From positions 512,001 through 576,000 of the forward strand of contig CAWAHW010000001.1 of NCBI GenBank assembly GCA_963781885.1: DNA of 64,000 nucleotides. The letters run 5' to 3'. Shown here piece after piece: positions 29,704-40,686 of this stretch. The notes below the pieces were generated by a model. The model worked only from the letters and a program-made list of their open reading frames with translations. It searched no databases and was not told the origin of the DNA. Source of the DNA: an uncultured Spirochaetota bacterium (GTDB taxonomy: Bacteria; Spirochaetota; Spirochaetia; SZUA-6; Fen-1364). The stretch's first letter is position 1, and each line of letters opens with the position of its first letter. A program made the position numbers and the translations under genes.

Positions 29704-30114
29704 TCAGCGGTTGGGCATCGATTCAAGGACAACGAGATCCGGAATCTGGCGAAAGTGCGGATCCCGCGACACCACGACGGCCCCTGCCCGCAGCGCACAT
29801 GAAGCAATCGCCAGGTCGGGCACGGGGAGAATCGTCCCTTGCCTGTCCAGCCCCCATGCCAGGCGAGCAGCTTCGCGCCACAGCTCCTCGTTCAGGGGGC
29901 AGGCGGATATTTCGTCGAAAAGCTCTTCCATCCACGTGCGAACCTGGTCGTTGATGATGCCGCGGAGCACCTCGAGCCTGATGATTCCACAGGTCAGGAG
30001 CGTGCCCTTTTCCAAGGCGGATCGAAATTCATCCGTCGGACTCCGTCCCGCGCGCAGGAGATCGATATAGATCGATGAATCGACCAGGAGAGGGCGCTCT
30101 GCCTTACCGGTCAT
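29704..30114 (-). CDS. vapC: VapC PIN-domain toxin
   Basis: LVDSSIYID, IRLEVLRG, PDLAIAS.A, VVSRDPHF acidic PIN motifs. Confidence 0.9.
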   Translation of the reverse strand: MTGKAERPLLVDSSIYIDLLRAGRSPTDEFRSALEKGTLLTCGIIRLEVLRGIINDQVRTWMEELFDEISACPLNEELWREAARLAWGLDRQGTILPVPDLAIASCALRAGAVVVSRDPHFRQIPDLVVLESMPNR

Positions 30115-30322
30115 TCGCCGCGTGCCGGACGGCCAGGACATCGTAACGGGGATCAACGGAGGATTGGAGCTCTTCCGGATTCCATTGGGTTGCGAACAGT
30201 TTGTCCCGCTTCATGGCGCGTTCGGCAGACCGCAGCGCCCAATCCACCGCGGCGGTCTTTGTTCGGATTCCCGCAAGCTTCATGAGCCGAGACAGTCTCC
30301 GCTCATCAATTTCAATCGTCAT
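30104..30322 (-). CDS. vapB: VapB-type antitoxin
   Basis: MTIEIDERRL..LMKLAGIRTKTAAVDWALR, overlapping the vapC start. Confidence 0.8.
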   Translation of the reverse strand: MTIEIDERRLSRLMKLAGIRTKTAAVDWALRSAERAMKRDKLFATQWNPEELQSSVDPRYDVLAVRHAANDR

Positions 30323-30392
30323 CTTCAGCCTGCAAGGATATGGGCAAAACACCCATACGTCAACCCATACTATTGGCGCCGGCCTCCCATGC

Positions 30393-30885
30393 TCATGCGA
30401 CGTGAATGAGAGCGTTTGCGGCCGCTGCCATTGATTCGATCGCAGCGGCATCTATGAGAAGCACTTCCCGCGACCAACGCGGGTTGCCCAGGAGGGAGAA
30501 CCTGTCCCAAAGGGTGAGTCGGTCACGATGAAGCTCGCCGCCGAAGAGGCTATCGGCGAAGGCATGCGCCGAAAGCCATTCGGGATAAGCGCCCCTGAGC
30601 TCCGCTTGAGCCTGCTCTCCCTGGTACATGCTGCAGAGGAATAATCCCACCTTGCGGCTGAGAAGCTCCTCGCGCTGGCGATTGCAGAAGGTGGTCACCT
30701 CCCGCTGGATCTTTGCGCCGTAGATGGAGCCACCAATCAACACGACGTTCGAACTCGTGCGCATCCGGCCAAGGCTGGCGCGCGAGGTCCACGATTACCG
30801 CCTCCGCGCGTATCCGCTGGCCTAAAATGCGTGCGCAGGCTGCCGTGGTCCCATACTTCGACCTGTATGCAATCAGGACTCGCAT
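30393..30885 (-). CDS. Flavodoxin-domain (HemG-like) protein; frameshift near 30749
   Basis: LIAYRSKYGTT FMN loop; second frame VVLIGGSIYG..GLFLC..FGGEL. Confidence 0.75.
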
Positions 30886-31311
30886 GTCATCTGCCCTCCC
30901 TGCTCCTTTTATTGCACTAAACTGACCGTGGTCTATCTCCGCGTACAATATACTCCTATTGGTGGTGACCAAGGCCCATCGTCCCGATGGTCTCCCCCCC
31001 CCCGATTCCGTCGAGTCGAATGGTCCGCCCGTCGCTTCTCCATTGCACTGATGATTGTGCCCACAAGGTAAGGTACCTTGTACTCTTCCGCTGAGGGGGA
31101 AAAGCAAATCACATAAGGGCTGTTCCGTGCCGCCACACCCCGGCATAGGCTCTTCGACATTCAGCGGTTGTTCGGGAGGGCTTCAAATTCACGCCATTTG
31201 CTGGCGATTGCATCATGATAGTGATATAAATACCCAGGATTTCGCCTTCAAGTGGCACATCACTTGAAGCGCTGCTACGTCGAAAAGTTCGGTGCTTGAG
31301 AGGGCCCAGAA

Positions 31312-34158
31312 ATGGCAGAGCAAGGACGGCCGTCAAAGAAGTCGCAAGGCAAAGAGACAAGGGCTGAGAGCTATCGCTATCCAGAAGCAGAAAGCCCCTT
31401 GCGGCCTGAAGCGGGCACCCAGGCTCAGTTCAGGAAGAAGAAACCCCCGGCCACATACAAATACGATTCTTCTCTCTCTCCCGTTCTGGAGTGGGACGGA
31501 CAAAACAGTGCGCGCGAGCTTGGCGAATTTCTTCTTGCCTGCATCCGCGATGCAGCGCTGCTTCCCTCACCGCACGTATTCGAAAAGCCACGCGAGCTGC
31601 GGCTGAACGACGGAACGCTTCGGGCATCTGTTCGGGATCTGCACGATGCCGTAGAACAGCTCGCCGCTCTCGGCAAGCCCTTCCTCAATTGGACGGGCAA
31701 GGCAGAACGTCTTTCTTTCGATGTTCCCACGCTCCCGCTTTTCGTTCACGAACGCCTTTCCACGGCGGGAATCATCGAGACCTTGAAGGGGCATCGCAAG
31801 CCGCAGGCGGTGCAGCTCGACCTTTTTGGCGATCCGCAGCACCCCATCGCAGATCAGCTCCTTCGCGCCTACGAGTACAAGGACAAGTGGGTGAACCGCA
31901 TGGTGCTGGGCGATTCGCTCGTCGTGATGAATTCACTGCTTCACTATGAGGGTCTTGGCGGCCAGGTGCAGACCATCTATATGGATCCGCCCTACGGGGT
32001 GAAGTTCGGCAGCAACTTCCAGCCCTTTGTGCGCAAGCGCGACGTTAAACACAACGAAGACGACGACATGACCCGGGAACCCGAAATGGTGAAGGCCTAT
32101 CGGGATACCTGGGAGCTGGGCCTGCACTCGTACCTCACCTACATGCGCGACCGCCTGCTTCTTGCCCGTGAGCTTCTTACCCCAAGCGGCAGCATCTTCG
32201 TCCAGATCAGCGACGAGAACCTCCATCACGTCCGCGAGCTGATGGATGAGGTGTTCGGGGAGGAGAATTTTATATCTCAAATTACTTTTCTCAAGACATC
32301 AGGATTTGAGACTACCACTATCTCTGCGCTTGGAGACTATCTGCTTTGGTTTGCCAAGGACGCGGCGCGGTTGCATGTCAGCAAATGCTACCAGAAGCAA
32401 GAAATTGTCCTTGGAGAAGGTAATGCACGCTGGGTTTTTTTTCCTGACGGCACTTATAGAGGAGTCGCCGCGGACGAGAAGCGAGGCGAAACTGGCATAC
32501 CGGCCGAGGCACGATTGTACAAACCGGACAACTTGGTCTCCCAAGGGCCCCCAAGCCAGCCACAGCCCTTCGACTATGAAGGCAAGCTATATCAACCGCC
32601 CGAAAATTCGCATTGGAAAGCCAACTATCCCGTCGGAATGCAAAGATTGGCAGATGCAAATCGTATTCATGTTGCGCGAAACAGCATTCAATATAGACGT
32701 TTTCCTGAGGACTTTCCTTTTGAGGAAATTGGGAACGTATGGACTGACACTCGGACTGGCAATTTTACTGACGATAAGGTTTACGTTGTACAAACCGGTA
32801 CCAAGATAGTTGAACGCTGCCTCCTTATGACCACCGACCCCAGCGATCTCGTTCTTGACCCGACCTGCGGCTCTGGTACGACGGCATACGTCGCCGAACA
32901 GTGGGGCAGGCGGTGGATAGCCATTGACACAAGCCGTGTTCCCCTCGCCTTGGCAAGGCAGCGCCTTCTCACCGCGACATTCCCTTGGTACGACCTCAAG
33001 GACGAAAGCCGCGGACCGGTCGGCGGCTTTGTCTATAAGCGCAAGCAGAACAACAAGGGCGAAGAGGTTGGCGGCATCGTGCCGCACATCACGCTCAAGT
33101 CCATCGCGAATGACGAGCCCCCGCAGGAAGAGGTGCTCGTAGATCGGCCCGAGGTCAAATCGGGGATCGTTCGAGTCTCAGGCCCCTTCGCTGTAGAGGC
33201 CACCATCCCGACGCCGGTGGATTGGGAGGGAGATGGAGAAGAAGACAGCGGGGCGGGCATAGGTGAAAGCCACGGAAACTTCGTGGACAGGATGCTGGAG
33301 GTTCTCAGGCGATCGCCTGTCCTTCACCTTGGCGGCGGCAAGACCGTCACGCTGAAGAACGTGAGACTACCTGCCAAGACGCTCACTCTCAGTGCGGAGG
33401 CGCTTGTCGATGCCACCGCGGAAGGGCAGAAGCCAACCCTCACCGACGCTGTGGAAGAATCGACCGAGAAGAACAAAAAGCTTCTCCCCTTCTCCCAGAA
33501 GCCGGTGGCTATCGTCTTCGGTCCCGAGAACGGTGCAGTCAGCGAGATGCTCGTCTACGAATCGGCTCGTGAGGCGCATGCAAAGAGCTACAGCCACCTG
33601 TACGTGATCGGCTTTGCCATTCAGCCCGGCGCTCGAAAGCTCGTCGAGACCTGTGACCAATCCGTGGGCGTTCCCGCGACATACGTACAGGCAACGCCCG
33701 ATCTCATGATGGGCGACCTGTTGAAGAACATGCGGTCAAGCCAGATCTTCAGCGTGTGCGGCTTGCCTGATGTGGCCCTCCGGAAGGCGAAAGCTCCCAA
33801 GGCGGGCAAACCACTGGAATACGTCGTCGAGCTGAAAGGCCTCGATGTTTTCGATCCGTCGACCATGGAAACCATGCCGCTCAAGCCCGACAACGTTCCT
33901 GCGTGGTTCCTCGATACCGACTACAACGGCCTCTGCTTCCATGTTTGCCAGGCGTTCTTCCCCCGTACGAGCGCGTGGGAGGGTCTCAAGAAGGCGCTCA
34001 AAGGAACCTACGATGAATCCGTGTGGGACCACCTGGCAGGTACGGAGAGCGCTCCATTCGAGGGGGGAGAGCACGCGCAGGTTGCGGTGAAGGTGATCGA
34101 CGACAGGGGCAACGAGCTGATGGTCGTCAGGCTTCTGGCCGAGGCCGACCACAAATGA
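31312..34158 (+). CDS. mod: Type III R-M DNA methyltransferase (Mod)
   Basis: DPPY catalytic motif, DPTCGSGTT SAM motif in beta-class order, C-terminal VAVKVIDDRGNE; ATGA coupling to res. Confidence 0.92.
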   Translation: MAEQGRPSKKSQGKETRAESYRYPEAESPLRPEAGTQAQFRKKKPPATYKYDSSLSPVLEWDGQNSARELGEFLLACIRDAALLPSPHVFEKPRELRLNDGTLRASVRDLHDAVEQLAALGKPFLNWTGKAERLSFDVPTLPLFVHERLSTAGIIETLKGHRKPQAVQLDLFGDPQHPIADQLLRAYEYKDKWVNRMVLGDSLVVMNSLLHYEGLGGQVQTIYMDPPYGVKFGSNFQPFVRKRDVKHNEDDDMTREPEMVKAYRDTWELGLHSYLTYMRDRLLLARELLTPSGSIFVQISDENLHHVRELMDEVFGEENFISQITFLKTSGFETTTISALGDYLLWFAKDAARLHVSKCYQKQEIVLGEGNARWVFFPDGTYRGVAADEKRGETGIPAEARLYKPDNLVSQGPPSQPQPFDYEGKLYQPPENSHWKANYPVGMQRLADANRIHVARNSIQYRRFPEDFPFEEIGNVWTDTRTGNFTDDKVYVVQTGTKIVERCLLMTTDPSDLVLDPTCGSGTTAYVAEQWGRRWIAIDTSRVPLALARQRLLTATFPWYDLKDESRGPVGGFVYKRKQNNKGEEVGGIVPHITLKSIANDEPPQEEVLVDRPEVKSGIVRVSGPFAVEATIPTPVDWEGDGEEDSGAGIGESHGNFVDRMLEVLRRSPVLHLGGGKTVTLKNVRLPAKTLTLSAEALVDATAEGQKPTLTDAVEESTEKNKKLLPFSQKPVAIVFGPENGAVSEMLVYESAREAHAKSYSHLYVIGFAIQPGARKLVETCDQSVGVPATYVQATPDLMMGDLLKNMRSSQIFSVCGLPDVALRKAKAPKAGKPLEYVVELKGLDVFDPSTMETMPLKPDNVPAWFLDTDYNGLCFHVCQAFFPRTSAWEGLKKALKGTYDESVWDHLAGTESAPFEGGEHAQVAVKVIDDRGNELMVVRLLAEADHK

Positions 34159-37100
34159 ACTATGAGGTGGACGAGCCGATTCTCAACTCTCCCTATGAGG
34201 AGCCGCGAGAATACTGGCGCATTGTCGAAGGCGAGACGCCTGTCCGCATACAGGGTCGGCGCAGAGCGATGTACTACTATCGCCCGCCCAACGAAGAGAC
34301 ACAGCAGGGCGACGCGGGACATGGAACCGCGGTTGAGCTGACGCTCGTCAACGGCATCAGGGACCGGCTGGCGGAATGGCGCGTCGCTGGCTACGCCGGG
34401 GTGAGTCGAACAACGGCCGAGCTGCTGAAGTACTGGCGACGCGAAGGCAGACAGCACCGGCTCTTCTTCGCGCAGATCGAGGCGGCGGAAACCGTCATAT
34501 TCCTGACAGAAGCGCGCGCTGACCTCCGCCAGGGCGTGGACATTCCTCGGGACGAGCCAGGCGACGACGGCAAGCAGAAGGGCTACGAGTCGTTCCAGCG
34601 CTACGCATGCAAGATGGCAACCGGGACCGGCAAGACGATGGTCATGGGCATGCTTGCTGCATGGAGCATTCTCAACAAGGCTGCCTCACGAGCGGACAAC
34701 CGGTTTTCCGATACCATTCTCGTCGTATGTCCCAACGTCACCATACGCAGTCGACTGCAGGAGCTCGACCCCGGCCATGGAGAGGCCAGCATCTACAGGG
34801 TCAGAACCTGGTCCCGCCCCACCTCATGCCTGAGCTGTCCAAGGGCAAAGTCATCGTGACCAACTGGCACGTCTTCGAGCCGCAGGCGGTGCAGACAGGT
34901 GGCACGAGCGCACGGGTATCCCGAGCGGGTGTCGCGGTCAGGAGTCGGGAAACAATCACAATCGGACAGAAGACGGGAACCTCCCATGGAACGCGCTATC
35001 TCACAAAGAAGGAGCTGGAGAAGCAGATTGCCGCGGGCCTGATTGAGGTGAAAGAAGAGATAACGGATGCCGAGGGAAACCTCAAGAAGGTGAGTGTCGA
35101 TTCGACACGCTACGTCGAGAGCGACGCGGCCGTTGTGAATCGCGTGCTCGGCCGACAGGTGGGAGGCAAGAAGAACATCCTCGTTTTCAACGACGAGGCG
35201 CACCACGCGTACCGCATCAGGAAAGATGAGCCTGATGAAAACGAAGACCTCTTCGATGATGAAGAAGAGGAGGATACTGGTCAAGGAAGCCACTGTGTGG
35301 GTGGAGGGGCTGGATCGCATCCATTCTCTGCGCGGCATCAACTTCTGCCTGGACCTGTCGGCAACGCCCTATTTTCTTGCGCGGGTAGGACAGAGTACGA
35401 ACCAGACCTTTCCATGGGTGGTGAGCGACTTCGGGCTTACCGAAGCCATCGAGTCGGGACTTGTAAAGATTCCCCAGCTTGCGGTGCGCGACTCAACCGG
35501 CAAGGACATACCCGGCTATTTCAATATATGGCGGTACATTCTTGAAAAGCTGACACCGGCTGAAAAGGGCGGGAGCAAGGGCAGCCCAAAGCCCGAGGGG
35601 ATCCTCAAATACGCGAATCATCCCATCAGCATGCTTGCATCCCACTGGGATACGCTTCGCCAGGAGTGGGAGGCACGCAAGGAAGATCCGCGGCCACCGG
35701 TCTTTATTCTCGTCTGCAAAAACACGAAGATCGCGCGCGTTCTCTACGAATGGATCGCAGAGGACAAGCCACCAACCGGAATTCCATCCTGCGGCATCAC
35801 GGCATTTCGCAACACCCCTGACAGTGCGTGGACGATTCGCGTCGATTCCAAAGTGGTTCACGAGACGGACTCCGCGGAAGCGAAGAGCGACGAGTCAGCG
35901 TGGATGCGTCTGACACTGGACACCGTGGGCAGGATGAAGTGGCCCGAGGATCAACAGGGGAGGTCCCTCTATCCTGATGGATTCGAGGCGTTGGCAAAGA
36001 AGCTGCGCCGTCCGCTGAATCCTCCCGGTCGGGACGTGCGCTGCATCGTCAGCGTGGGGATGTTGACGGAGGGCTGGGACTGCAACACGGTGACTCACAT
36101 TGTAGGGCTGCGGCCCTTCATGTCGCAACTGCTCTGTGAACAGGTCGTCGGTCGCGGACTGCGGCGCGCAAGTTACGAAGTAGGGCCGGACGGCAAGTTG
36201 ACCGAAGAGGTCTCGAAGGTGTTCGGAGTGCCCTTTGAGATCATACCGTTCAAGGCCTCGCCTGGTGGCGCCCCGCCCGCACCACAGCAGCGACATCGCG
36301 TGCACGCGCTTCCGGAACGTGCCTCTTTGGAAATCAAATACCCTCGCGTGGAGGGCTACCGGCAAGCGATTCGCAATCGGCTGATGGTGGAATGGGAGGC
36401 TCTCGCACCATTGACTCTCGATCCCCTGAAGATTCCCGCCGAGGTGCAGGTAAAGGCAAGTCTCCCCACGAACACCGGCAGGCCTTCCCTCAGCGGACCT
36501 GGCAAGATGGAAAGCCTGGACCTCGACACATACCGGAGAGAAAGGCGCCTGCAGGAGCTTGCCTTTGGGCTGGCAAGAGACCTCACAAACGATTATCTGA
36601 AAGCAGGTCCGCATCCACCGGCGTATGTGCTTTTCCCGCAGGTGGTTGAGATCGTTCTTCGATACCTCCGCGAAAAGGTAGTCCCAATTCCCCCGGCGGA
36701 TCGGCTGGACGTATTTCTCTCTCCATATTATGGGTGGGTGATAGAGCGCCTTGGAGAGGCTATCAAACCCGACACCGCCCACGGGGAAGAAGCGGAGCTT
36801 CCCCGCTACGAATCAAGCCGCGGCCCGGGATCAACCGCGGATGTCGATTTCTGGACAAGCCGTGACGTTCGAGAGATCGTCAAGAGTCATCTCAACTTCG
36901 TGGTTGCTGATACAAAGGTCTGGGAACAAGCGGCGGCCTATGTAATCGATACGCATGATAAGGTGGAATCCTTCGTGAAGAATGCCGGGCTGGGCTTTGC
37001 GATACCTTATCTGCACAACGGAGAACCGCACGACTATGTGCCGGACTTCATCGTTCGTCTTGCGGGCACACCGCCCGCTCATCTCATCCTCGAAACAAAA

Positions 37101-37247
37101 GGATTTGACGATCTTGCCGAGATAAAAGCCCAGGCCGCCGATCGATGGGTGAAGGCAGTGAATGCGGACGGCAGGTTTGGCGCGTGGAAATATGCCGTCG
37201 CGCGTGACCCAAAGGACGTCCGCAAGATTCTTGATTCGGAGCGATAG
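34155..37247 (+). CDS. res: Type III restriction endonuclease subunit (Res); two frameshifts (~34805, ~35275)
   Basis: KMATGTGKT, NDEAHH, DLSATP, MLTEGWD, QVVGRGLR, C-terminal YVPDF..ILETKG PD-(D/E)xK nuclease, spread over ORFs 34023, 34607 and 35226. Confidence 0.88.
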
Positions 37248-37249
37248 GC

Positions 37250-37312
37250 ATGTCGATGAGAAAACTCAAGGTCCTCAGAAGCGAAGCGGAGTACAGGACG
37301 GCGCGCTCATAG
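37250..37312 (+). pseudogene. Possible N-terminal stub of a HigA-type antitoxin
   Basis: MSMRKLKVLRSEAEYRTARS* resembles the IKPIRTEADY..AL N-terminus of HigA proteins; starts right after the res stop. Confidence 0.4.
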
Positions 37313-37355
37313 GTCGACCATGAAATTTTCTCGTGTGGCAGACACGTGCGCTGCC

Positions 37356-37383
37356 TTGACTCCCCCGCGTAGCTCGCTACGAT
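37356..37383 (+). promoter_or_regulatory. Putative sigma70 promoter
   Basis: TTGACT-N16-TACGAT, 10 bp before ATG 37394. Confidence 0.45.
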
Positions 37384-37393
37384 AGCCGTCATC

Positions 37394-39033
37394 ATGTCAC
37401 GAAAACTGCTGCTTCTCCTAACATGCGCTCTGCTCTTCTCCTCTTGCTTCAGCTTCCCCGACGCGGGTCCCGCTTCCGCTACGCCCGCGCCCGGTGCGAT
37501 CGTGCAGCCAGCGACTGGCGCCGCCGCTCCGTCAGCGGCACCCGGGCTTCCCCCGAGCTTGCGGCCCTTGCGCGCATCATCCAGGCGCCGCTGCCGGCAC
37601 CGCTTGCGGATGCGCCCACGCTCATCGACCTGCCGAAGGGCTATCCCGCCGATCGGGCGCTTGCGTTGAATCGGCTGAACCAGTATCGCGTGGCAGCGGG
37701 GCTCGTGCCGTACGTGTACGATCCGACGTTGAGCGCGATGGGTCAGGCGCATGCCGATTACCTGCTGGCCAACGCGGGTGCGAATATCGCCTTTGGGCAT
37801 TTCGAGCTTCCCTCGAACAGGTACTACACCAAGGCGGGAGACGAGGCGGCCAGGACGAGCGGACTTGTCGGAGCGGATCCGGATCCCCTGGACGCCCTGG
37901 AAGGGCTCATGAGCGGGGTCTTCCACAGGGTGCAGTTCCTGCGACCGGAAGAGACGCGCGTGGGAATGGGTTCCAGCTATGACGCTGCGAAGAATGGCGG
38001 CGGCACGCTTTTCGTGACGAGGGAGCCCGAGGCAGGATCGGCGAAGCCGAAGCGTCCTTCCCGATTCATCGTCTTTCCACCCGACGGATTCAACGACGTG
38101 CTCTCCACGTTCAACAATGAGTTTCCCGATCCGCGGCCGGGGCATCGCCCGGAGGATCCGCCCACAGGCTATCCCATCACCATCTCCCTCGGCTGGGACG
38201 ACGTGAAGGCTTTCGAGAACGCAGAGGTCACCGTCACGAATGGGCGCGGTGAATCGGTGCCGGCATGGGTGAGCTTTCCGGGAAAGCCCGCCGTTGCATC
38301 GCCTGACATGAGTATCTATTCGGGTGACGCTGCCTCCATCGCCCAGGGTTATCGCGACAACTACGGCGCGGTGTTCATCCTCCCGAAACAGCCGCTGGAA
38401 CGCGGCGCGGCGTACAGCGTCAGCGCCACGCTTCAGATCGCCGGGAAGACCGAGACGCTCTCCTGGGCATTCAGGACGCGCGGCGCGCGGCTCTGGGAGG
38501 TGAAGCCCCATGCCGCTGATCCCCGGCTGGATCTCGCCTCCGCGATTCGCAACGCCTCCGACGGCGACACGATCAGGCTCGCGGCCGGCGACTACGTGAT
38601 CACCGCCACCTTGAATCTTGACAAGTCCGTCCGCATCATCGGCGACCCGGGGCACACGGTGCTGAGATACGCGGGCAAGAGCGATCTTGCGGCCATCGGG
38701 GTCAGCTCCGATGTCATCCTGCAGGGCATGGATCTCATGGGCGCCGCGGGTCTCTACGTGGGCCGCAAAGGTCGCCTGCTGCTGGAAAACTGCCGCTTCA
38801 CGTACGATATCCGGGAGGCGTCGCTTGCCACGTGCGAGCGCGGCTCCATCCTTGTTGTCGAGCGATGCGATTTCACTGCCTATGCCAGCCCGACTCTTGC
38901 CTACTTCCTGGACAACCCTTCGGATGCGGCGGACGCCGCGCTGTATCTCGGTGTCGGCAACGCTTTCGCGGCGCCGGGAAAACATTCCTGGAACGCGGGC
39001 GTCGAGCAGGCTCTGTCCCGGCCCATCGACTGA
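37394..39033 (+). CDS. CAP (SCP) domain lipoprotein with C-terminal beta-helix; frameshift at C5 37550-37554
   Basis: Lipobox LFSS-C; CAP motifs LNQYRVAAGL, AHADYL, GHFE, FHRVQFL; DGDTIRLAAGDY beta-helix start. Confidence 0.8.
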
Positions 39034-39046
39034 GGCGCTGAAGCCG

Positions 39047-39454
39047 TTATTTGGCCTTCGGCTTCCGACCCCCGGTCGTTTTCTTTGAGACACGCGGCGT
39101 GCTTTTCCGTGGCGCGGTCTTTTTCGCCGCCTTCGCCGTGAGGGGCTTTTTCTCCACCGACGTCAAGTCGACAACGGAGTTATCGGTTCCGAATTGATTG
39201 CTCTCCACCGAATCGGCCTCATAATCGGTGTGCCAGACTCCCTGGTTGTCGTGGTAGCGAAAACGATACGATTTGCCTGCATCCAGCACGAGCCTGCCCA
39301 CCCACGTGCCATCCGGTTCCAGATCGAGCGGGAGACCCCTGACTTTCCAGGCGTTGAAGTCTCCGCAGAGATAAAGCTCGACGACGTCATCCATCGGCGG
39401 CATCCTGAATGTGACTTCGACCTTCCGGCCTGCAAGAGCCTTCTTTTGAATCAT
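39047..39454 (-). CDS. Isoamylase early-set/CBM48-like glycogen-binding protein with Lys-rich tail
   Basis: LCGDFNAW, YRFRY, W..D.EAD....NQFGTDNSVV. Confidence 0.85.
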   Translation of the reverse strand: MIQKKALAGRKVEVTFRMPPMDDVVELYLCGDFNAWKVRGLPLDLEPDGTWVGRLVLDAGKSYRFRYHDNQGVWHTDYEADSVESNQFGTDNSVVDLTSVEKKPLTAKAAKKTAPRKSTPRVSKKTTGGRKPKAK

Positions 39455-39592
39455 ATGCTCCCCCTTCCCGGCGAACTCTTCCCCCCGTGTGGGTAAGGCA
39501 ATGGGAACATTCTAGCATTGGCACGGGCGCCGCGCCAGCCCTTTGTCGGTGACCTTTCATCTGCGCGAACCTTCCACCCGCCGCGGAGCCGA

Positions 39593-40561
39593 TCAGTATG
39601 CGGCTCCCCTCTCGGCAAGAGCCTTGTCGATCTCGGCGATCTCCGCGGGACCGAGGTCCCAATCCGCCCCGCCGCGGGTCTGCTCCACCTGCGCGGGTCC
39701 GCGTCCGCCGACGATGGCCGCCGTCACCTCGGGCCTGCGGAGCACCCACGCAATGGCAAGCTCCGCGACACTCCGCCCTTTGCCCGCCGCGATCGCCTTC
39801 AGCTTCTCCACGAGCGCAAGGTTGGCGCCGAGCGCGGGCTCCGTGAAGTGGGTGTTGCGCTTTCTCCAGTCGGTGTCAGGAAGCTTTGCAACGCGCTCCT
39901 TCGTGAACCTGCCCGCCAGCAGTCCCGCCTGCATCGGACTGTAGACGATCACGCCGATCTTGCTCGCCCCGCAGAAGGGAAGGAGCTCCGTCTCCACGTC
40001 GCGGCGCAGCATGCTGTACGGCGGCTGCAGCGATGCCACGGGATGTATCGCCTGGATCCGCTTGATCTGCGAGACCGAGAAATTGGAGACGCCGGCATAC
40101 CGGACCTTGCCGGCCTTCACCTGGCGCGCAATCTCGGTCCAGCCCTCCTCGATGTCGGGATCGGGATCGGGCCAATGGACCTGGTAGAGGTCGATGTAGT
40201 CGGTGCCGAGCCGCCGCAGGCTCGCCTCCAGCTCATCGCGCACGCTTTTGGCTTTCAGGCGGGAGACGGGCGAGGCGTTTCCCCCCTCGATGACGCGGCC
40301 GCACTTGGTTGCGACGAGCACTTTGTCGCGTCGGCCCGCGATCGCCTTGCCGACGACCTCCTCCGCGTGGCCGATGCCGTAGACGGCGGCCGTGTCGATC
40401 CAGTTGATGCCGACGTCCAGCGCCTTGTGGATTGCCGCGATGGAGGCCGCGTCGTCCTGGGGTCCCCAGCCGAATGCCCACTCTTCGCCGCCCATTGCCC
40501 ACGTCCCCAGGCCAATGCGCGTGATCTCCAGGTCCGAGTACCCGAGATTCCGTGTTTTCAT
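39593..40561 (-). CDS. Aldo/keto reductase
   Basis: IGLGTW, IDTAAVYG, ATKCG, IDLYQVHWP, GVSNF, QPPYS. Confidence 0.95.
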   Translation of the reverse strand: MKTRNLGYSDLEITRIGLGTWAMGGEEWAFGWGPQDDAASIAAIHKALDVGINWIDTAAVYGIGHAEEVVGKAIAGRRDKVLVATKCGRVIEGGNASPVSRLKAKSVRDELEASLRRLGTDYIDLYQVHWPDPDPDIEEGWTEIARQVKAGKVRYAGVSNFSVSQIKRIQAIHPVASLQPPYSMLRRDVETELLPFCGASKIGVIVYSPMQAGLLAGRFTKERVAKLPDTDWRKRNTHFTEPALGANLALVEKLKAIAAGKGRSVAELAIAWVLRRPEVTAAIVGGRGPAQVEQTRGGADWDLGPAEIAEIDKALAERGAAY

Positions 40562-40686
40562 ATCATCATTGTGCCGACAAAATCGGGCGGTCGACAAGAA
40601 TCAAAAGCTTGGCCGTGTCGCGTGCTGAAAAAATATCTGCCATTCGGCCTTCGGCTGATGTAGAATCTGATGTTCCAGGGTCATCC

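Noticed and set aside
30900-31310. AT-richer gap before mod with a C10 run (30994-31003): tRNA/att site or phase-variable promoter
   Set aside because: No cloverleaf or matching direct repeat seen; the C-run is ~300 bp from the mod start; short ORFs are unrecognisable.
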